Assembly: GCA_014730235.1 (NCBI GenBank)
Contig: WJIO01000421.1
Location: 1 to 61,244 of the forward strand
Length of the DNA stretch: 61,244 nucleotides
Direction of reading: 5' to 3'
Source of the DNA: Candidatus Poribacteria bacterium
GTDB lineage: Bacteria > Poribacteria > DTPJ01 > WJIO01
Below are positions 57,224 through 61,244 of this stretch, in pieces. The position numbers and the translations under genes were made by a program. The notes under the pieces are model-generated. The model did no database searches. It had not been told where the DNA came from and saw nothing but the letters and a program-made list of their open reading frames with translations. Position 1 is the stretch's first letter. Each line of letters starts with the position of its first letter.

Positions 57224-58114
57224 CTACATACCGGCAGCTTCCAGAATATCAGGAACTTTGTCCTCTTTGCCTATGGCCATGATATGCACACCGTCACAGA
57301 TTTTTTCGTCTTTAATCTCCTTTATCATGCGACCGGCGATCTCAATACCCTTTCTAAGGGCATTACCTTTGCCCTTAGGCACATTTGCCATTTCGTCTAT
57401 AAGTTCGTCAGGAACGAATATGCCCGGTACGTTGGCGTTCATAAATTTGGCCATCCTTGACGACACCAGAAGAACCAGTCCGGCCAGTATTTTAACATCA
57501 AACTGTCGTGCATATTTCATGAAATCTTTGAATCTTTCCAGATCATATATGGCCTGGGTCTGGAAAAACTCAGCACCGGCTTCAACTTTCTTCTCAAACT
57601 TCATCAACTGGGGTTCGATAGGGTTAGCCTCTGGTGTGACGATAGCACCAACGCAAAATTCCACAGCACCCTCTAATTCATTGCCGCCCAGATCAAATCC
57701 GGATTCCATGGTTCGCACCATCTTTACAAGCTGGACAGAATCCAGATCAAACACGCTTTTGGCTTCCTTGTGATCACCAACTTTAATGGAGTCACCTGTG
57801 AGGCACAGGACATTCCTAACTCCGCCGTAATAGGCAGCCAGAAGGTCTGACTGAAGGGCCAAACGATTTCTATCCCGACCCGTCATCTGAAGCACTGGTT
57901 CGCCGCCCCGGCCTTTTATCATTATTGATGTGGAAACAGACGGAAAGCGCATGACCGAACTCTGGTTATCGGTTACATTGAGGGCGTGTATCCTGTCTTT
58001 TAAGAGGTCGATGTGATGCAGCATGCTTTCCAGGTTAGTTCCCTTTGGAGGCCCGATCTCTGCTGTTACAACAAATTCACCGGAATTGAGTACTTCCCTG
58101 AAGGGTTTAGGCAT
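57224..58114 (-). CDS. metF: Methylenetetrahydrofolate reductase, catalytic subunit
   Basis: TAEIGPPKG, NVTDN, Q.T.RDRNR.ALQSDLL, N.LCLTGD, KK.EAGAEFFQTQ, DGVHIM. Confidence 0.92.
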   Translation of the reverse strand: MPKPFREVLNSGEFVVTAEIGPPKGTNLESMLHHIDLLKDRIHALNVTDNQSSVMRFPSVSTSIMIKGRGGEPVLQMTGRDRNRLALQSDLLAAYYGGVRNVLCLTGDSIKVGDHKEAKSVFDLDSVQLVKMVRTMESGFDLGGNELEGAVEFCVGAIVTPEANPIEPQLMKFEKKVEAGAEFFQTQAIYDLERFKDFMKYARQFDVKILAGLVLLVSSRMAKFMNANVPGIFVPDELIDEMANVPKGKGNALRKGIEIAGRMIKEIKDEKICDGVHIMAIGKEDKVPDILEAAGM

Positions 58115-58779
58115 TATTCTGACTCCTCTCTGCTTCCAATCAAAACTTTACCTGGTTTATCAACTTTTTGATGGTTACGGGGTGGATAGTATTTTTTCAT
58201 GGAATCCAATTTCCCCAGTTCCTCAAGACGTTTATAGATAAGAGTCCACGCACAGTCTTTTTCTGGATCTTCCTCACATTTACCATCGTTTGTTCCACCA
58301 CACGGCCCGTTAAGCAATCCTTTGGCACATTTGGTAACAGGACAAATTCCGCCTGTATATGCGATTACACAGTCACCACACTGCTGGCACACTTCGGCAA
58401 ATAGACCGAATTCTCCGCCCTCTTTGCCAATAAACAGGGTATCCAGGGCCGGATATGTGGGTTTATCCGAAAAAGAAGCCACAGTCTGAGTACCAAAAGC
58501 GCAGGCCATAACCAGAATGGAATCGGCTTTTTCAATTTTATCGGCCTGATCCTTCAGGGCATCATTAGTTAAATCGTCGCATGTAGTGGGTATAACCATC
58601 CAACCTACAACTTCTTTTCCTGCTTCCTGGAGCTTTTCCTTCATCTCCAGGACTTCATACTTGCCGCCGGTATGGCACATAGTGGCACATGTCCCGCAGC
58701 CTATAATATATACTTTTTCGTCTTTTTCAAGACATTCCTGAATTTGATCAAAGCTTTTCTGCTCTGTAATAGTCTTCAT
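58114..58779 (-). CDS. metV: Methylenetetrahydrofolate reductase small Fe-S/Zn subunit (MetV)
   Basis: GC.TCA..C..GG...V, CA.G.Q, CQQCGDC......GGICPV..CAKGLLNGPCGG..DGKCE......CAW; overlaps the metF start. Confidence 0.88.
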   Translation of the reverse strand: MKTITEQKSFDQIQECLEKDEKVYIIGCGTCATMCHTGGKYEVLEMKEKLQEAGKEVVGWMVIPTTCDDLTNDALKDQADKIEKADSILVMACAFGTQTVASFSDKPTYPALDTLFIGKEGGEFGLFAEVCQQCGDCVIAYTGGICPVTKCAKGLLNGPCGGTNDGKCEEDPEKDCAWTLIYKRLEELGKLDSMKKYYPPRNHQKVDKPGKVLIGSREESE

Positions 58780-58804
58780 TAAACCACCTCATGATTAAGA
58801 GGAT

Positions 58805-60010
58805 TTAAACTTTCACTTTATCGTTTACTCGTGATTCATATTCTTCTCTGTAAAATTCCATTGTATCAACAACAGAATTTGGCGCAGCCTGTCCTAATCC
58901 ACACAGGGAAGTAAGGGCCATGGTTTCCGAAAGGTCTTCCAGGAATTCCAAATCGATTCTGGATGCTGTACCTTCGGTAAGACGTTCCAGTATTTCCAGC
59001 ATGCGCTTTGTTCCTTCGCGACATGGAAAGCACTTTCCACAGGATTCCTCTTCAAAGAATTCCGCGTTCTTTTTCACCATCTCTATGACATCCCTGGTGT
59101 TATTAAAGACCAGCACACCACCTGCGCCTAATACTGTCTCAAATGTAAGCGGTGTATCAATATTTTCAAAAGGCACGATCCTGCCGGATGCGCCGCCTAC
59201 CTGCACCATTTTCACGTTTTCAGCGCCGGCTAAATCTTCCACTAGCTCTTTCAGGGAGCTACCCATGACCATCTCATATACACCGGGTTTGTTTACATCA
59301 CCGGAGACTGAAAGAACCTTTGTACCTTTACTGCTTTCGGTTCCTATGCTGTTGAACCATTCTTTGCCTTCAGCCATTATACGGGGGATGTTCATCAAAG
59401 TTTCCACGTTGTTGACGATAGTAGGCTTTCCCCACAGGCCTTCTGATGGCGGAAAAGGTGGTCGGGGACGGGAGTCACCCCGTTTTCCTTCTATGGATTC
59501 GATCAAAGCCGTTTCTTCACCGCAGACATAAGCACCTGCACCCTCGTATATTATAATATTAACATGGTCAAGGAATCCTTTGTCCTTAGTCTGATCTATG
59601 GCGTTTTGCAGGTTTTCCAGCAGGTAATGATATTCGGCTCTCAGGTATATGAAGGCTTCTTTCGCACCAATGGCATAACTGGCAATTGCAACAGCCTCAA
59701 TCAGACTAAATGGGTCTTCTTCCAGGATCACCCGATCCTTGAAAGTGCCTACCTCGCCTTCATCTGCATTGCAGATTACATATTTTTCATCACCTTTAGC
59801 TTTGCTGGCAAAATCCCATTTTAAACCTGTGGGAAAACCAGCACCGCCGCGACCTCTCAGGTTTGAGTCTTTGATTTCCTGTATGACTTCCGACGGCGTC
59901 ATATCCATTGCCTTTTTCAATCCGGCAAAGCCACCGTTGGAAATAAAGCTTTCTATATCTTTTGGGTCAATAACCCCGCAGTTTTTTAAAACAACTCGCT
60001 TCTCTGGCAT
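58805..60010 (-). CDS. NuoF/HoxF-like NADH-binding flavoprotein subunit, short form
   Basis: LRGRGGAGFPTG.KW, CNADEGE.GTFKDR, GAGAYVCGEET.L.ES.EG, PT..NNVET, ESCGKC.PCREG, CGLG; no C-terminal ferredoxin domain. Confidence 0.9.
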   Translation of the reverse strand: MPEKRVVLKNCGVIDPKDIESFISNGGFAGLKKAMDMTPSEVIQEIKDSNLRGRGGAGFPTGLKWDFASKAKGDEKYVICNADEGEVGTFKDRVILEEDPFSLIEAVAIASYAIGAKEAFIYLRAEYHYLLENLQNAIDQTKDKGFLDHVNIIIYEGAGAYVCGEETALIESIEGKRGDSRPRPPFPPSEGLWGKPTIVNNVETLMNIPRIMAEGKEWFNSIGTESSKGTKVLSVSGDVNKPGVYEMVMGSSLKELVEDLAGAENVKMVQVGGASGRIVPFENIDTPLTFETVLGAGGVLVFNNTRDVIEMVKKNAEFFEEESCGKCFPCREGTKRMLEILERLTEGTASRIDLEFLEDLSETMALTSLCGLGQAAPNSVVDTMEFYREEYESRVNDKVKV

Positions 60011-60040
60011 TAAGATCCTCCTGATGAGCGGAGTTGAGAG

Positions 60041-60487
60041 CTACTTATATTCTTTAAGAATCTCGATAACTTTTTCTGAAGTCAGATTACCGTATATTTT
60101 ATCATTTATCATCATTGCAGGGGCTTTGTCACAAGCTCCAATACAGTTAGTCAACTGTAGAGAGAATTTATTATCTTCGGTAGTCTGACCTATACCAATA
60201 CCCAGTTCTTTCTCCACCGTTTCTACTATTACATCACAGCTTTTGAGAAAGCATGGGGTGCTTTTACATATTCTTATAACATTTTCGCCAAGAAGCCCTG
60301 TGGAAAGGAAGGAATAAAAAGTCGCTACCTCGTATACTTCATTTATGGAAACTCCTAATCCCTCTGCCACTTGAGATATGGCTTCTTCCGGGAGATACCT
60401 GCATTTTTCCTGCACGTCTTTTAATACCGACAATATGCTGGTATTGTTATTGTGCCGGTTCAGCACCTCCTCAACGACCTTTTCCAT
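60041..60487 (-). CDS. NuoE/HoxE-like [2Fe-2S] subunit
   Basis: EVATFYS, CKSTPC and C.GACD.AP.M.IND thioredoxin-like [2Fe-2S] motifs. Confidence 0.9.
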   Translation of the reverse strand: MEKVVEEVLNRHNNNTSILSVLKDVQEKCRYLPEEAISQVAEGLGVSINEVYEVATFYSFLSTGLLGENVIRICKSTPCFLKSCDVIVETVEKELGIGIGQTTEDNKFSLQLTNCIGACDKAPAMMINDKIYGNLTSEKVIEILKEYK

Positions 60488-60514
60488 TACATACCTCCTG
60501 ATGGAATATCGGGT

Positions 60515-61192
60515 TTAACCAGTTATTAAAAGGGGTTTTCCCTTCTTTTTCCCGGCGAATTGTTCTTCCTTCTTTGTAAGAGCGCCAACCGGACATACTT
60601 CCACGCAAACGTCACAGGATTTACATACATCTTCCAGCGCTTGGTCTGTATCAACGGTCACATTGGAATCAAAACCTCTTCCTACTATCCCCAGAACACC
60701 CTCTTCTTTCAACTCCCGACAAGCCCTTACACATCTACGGCACATTATGCACTTGGTCATATCCCGGACAATATATGGATTAATTTCATCAGGAACATAG
60801 TAATGCTTTTTACCTTTAGCGCGGGTCAACGTCATACCCAGATCCGCTGCGATTTTACGAAGGTCGCAAATATTGGCTTTATCACACATCAGGCAGTCAC
60901 CGGAATGATCCGCAAATACTAATTCCAGTATTGCTTTTCGGGCTTTTATTACCTTGGGGGAGTGAGTTTGAACATCCATTCCCCGGCTTATTGGAGTATG
61001 GCAAGAAGCGACCAGGGTTCTGGAACCTTTTACTTCTACTACACATATACGACATGAACCTGTTGGAGTTAAGTCTGAAAGATAACATAAGGTGGGAATT
61101 TCTATGCCGTTTTCCTCGGCCAGTTCTAATATAGTCATTCCCTCTGAACCTTTTACATAAACTCCATTCAGAGTTAGTTCTACTTCACCCAT
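60515..61192 (-). CDS. HoxU / NuoG-N-terminal-like Fe-S subunit without a catalytic domain
   Basis: IPTLC...GSCRIC.VE...LVASC ([2Fe-2S]), HSGDCLMC...NIC (His-ligated cluster), CIMCRRCVRAC and CKSCDVCVEVCP (two [4Fe-4S]). Confidence 0.88.
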   Translation of the reverse strand: MGEVELTLNGVYVKGSEGMTILELAEENGIEIPTLCYLSDLTPTGSCRICVVEVKGSRTLVASCHTPISRGMDVQTHSPKVIKARKAILELVFADHSGDCLMCDKANICDLRKIAADLGMTLTRAKGKKHYYVPDEINPYIVRDMTKCIMCRRCVRACRELKEEGVLGIVGRGFDSNVTVDTDQALEDVCKSCDVCVEVCPVGALTKKEEQFAGKKKGKPLLITG

Positions 61193-61244
61193 AAATTATA
61201 TCCTCATTTACTAGTTAGTAGTCTTGTCTAAAGCCATATGTAGG

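Noticed and set aside
1102-61134. Numerous short opposite-strand or alternate-frame ORFs in the track (e.g. 25346-26065, 46966-47469, 58920-59531)
   Set aside because: They overlap well-supported genes, lack recognisable motifs or RBS, and look like shadow ORFs.
58805-61192. nuoEFG as part of respiratory complex I or a hydrogenase
   Set aside because: No membrane nuo subunits or hydrogenase catalytic motifs in the window, the G-like subunit is only 225 aa, and the neighbours are metV and metF.
1-61244. Genome-wide TGA reassignment (alternative genetic code)
   Set aside because: TGA serves as a normal stop in ATGA overlaps (15241, 41512, 42648), and only one gene is interrupted by it.
61215-61244. 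Possible 3' end of an upstream gene (PTYGFRQDY-stop) on the minus strand
   Set aside because: Only about 30 nt are visible; frame and identity cannot be established.

Overview
AT-rich bacterial chromosomal window, densely coding (about 50 CDS), standard genetic code. I found no rRNA, tRNA, CRISPR array or intact transposase. The gene content points to a Candidatus Poribacteria-like, probably anaerobic organism (inference only): LamG proteins ending in a short 'V.P..KL..TWG.IK' tail, three DUF6785-type membrane proteins, sulfatases and glycoside hydrolases, and MetVF. Main observations: (1) a ~2,290-aa SprA-like (type IX secretion translocon-like) protein with two N-terminal LysM domains and Ser/Tyr/Gly-rich inserts, in a window with seven proteins sharing a short C-terminal W-[GSA]-x-[IV]-[KR] tail and two with FlgD-Ig CTDs, which suggests a non-canonical T9SS-like export system; (2) a four-gene redox operon: octaheme HAO-family::TlpA::FMN-binding fusion, a diheme cytochrome with a TsdA/SoxA-like domain, a ferric-reductase/FNR membrane protein and a P460/c'-beta cytochrome; (3) a selenoprotein missed by the ORF track: a lipoprotein rhodanese with C-S-U and an fdhF-like SECIS; (4) a HoxEFU/NuoEFG-like diaphorase co-encoded with MetV-MetF and a CExxHGH-type QueD; (5) a family of ISL3-like MITEs with 8-bp target duplications, carrying REP-like hairpins and nested in other small elements. 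All family assignments come from motif recognition by eye; no database searches were run.
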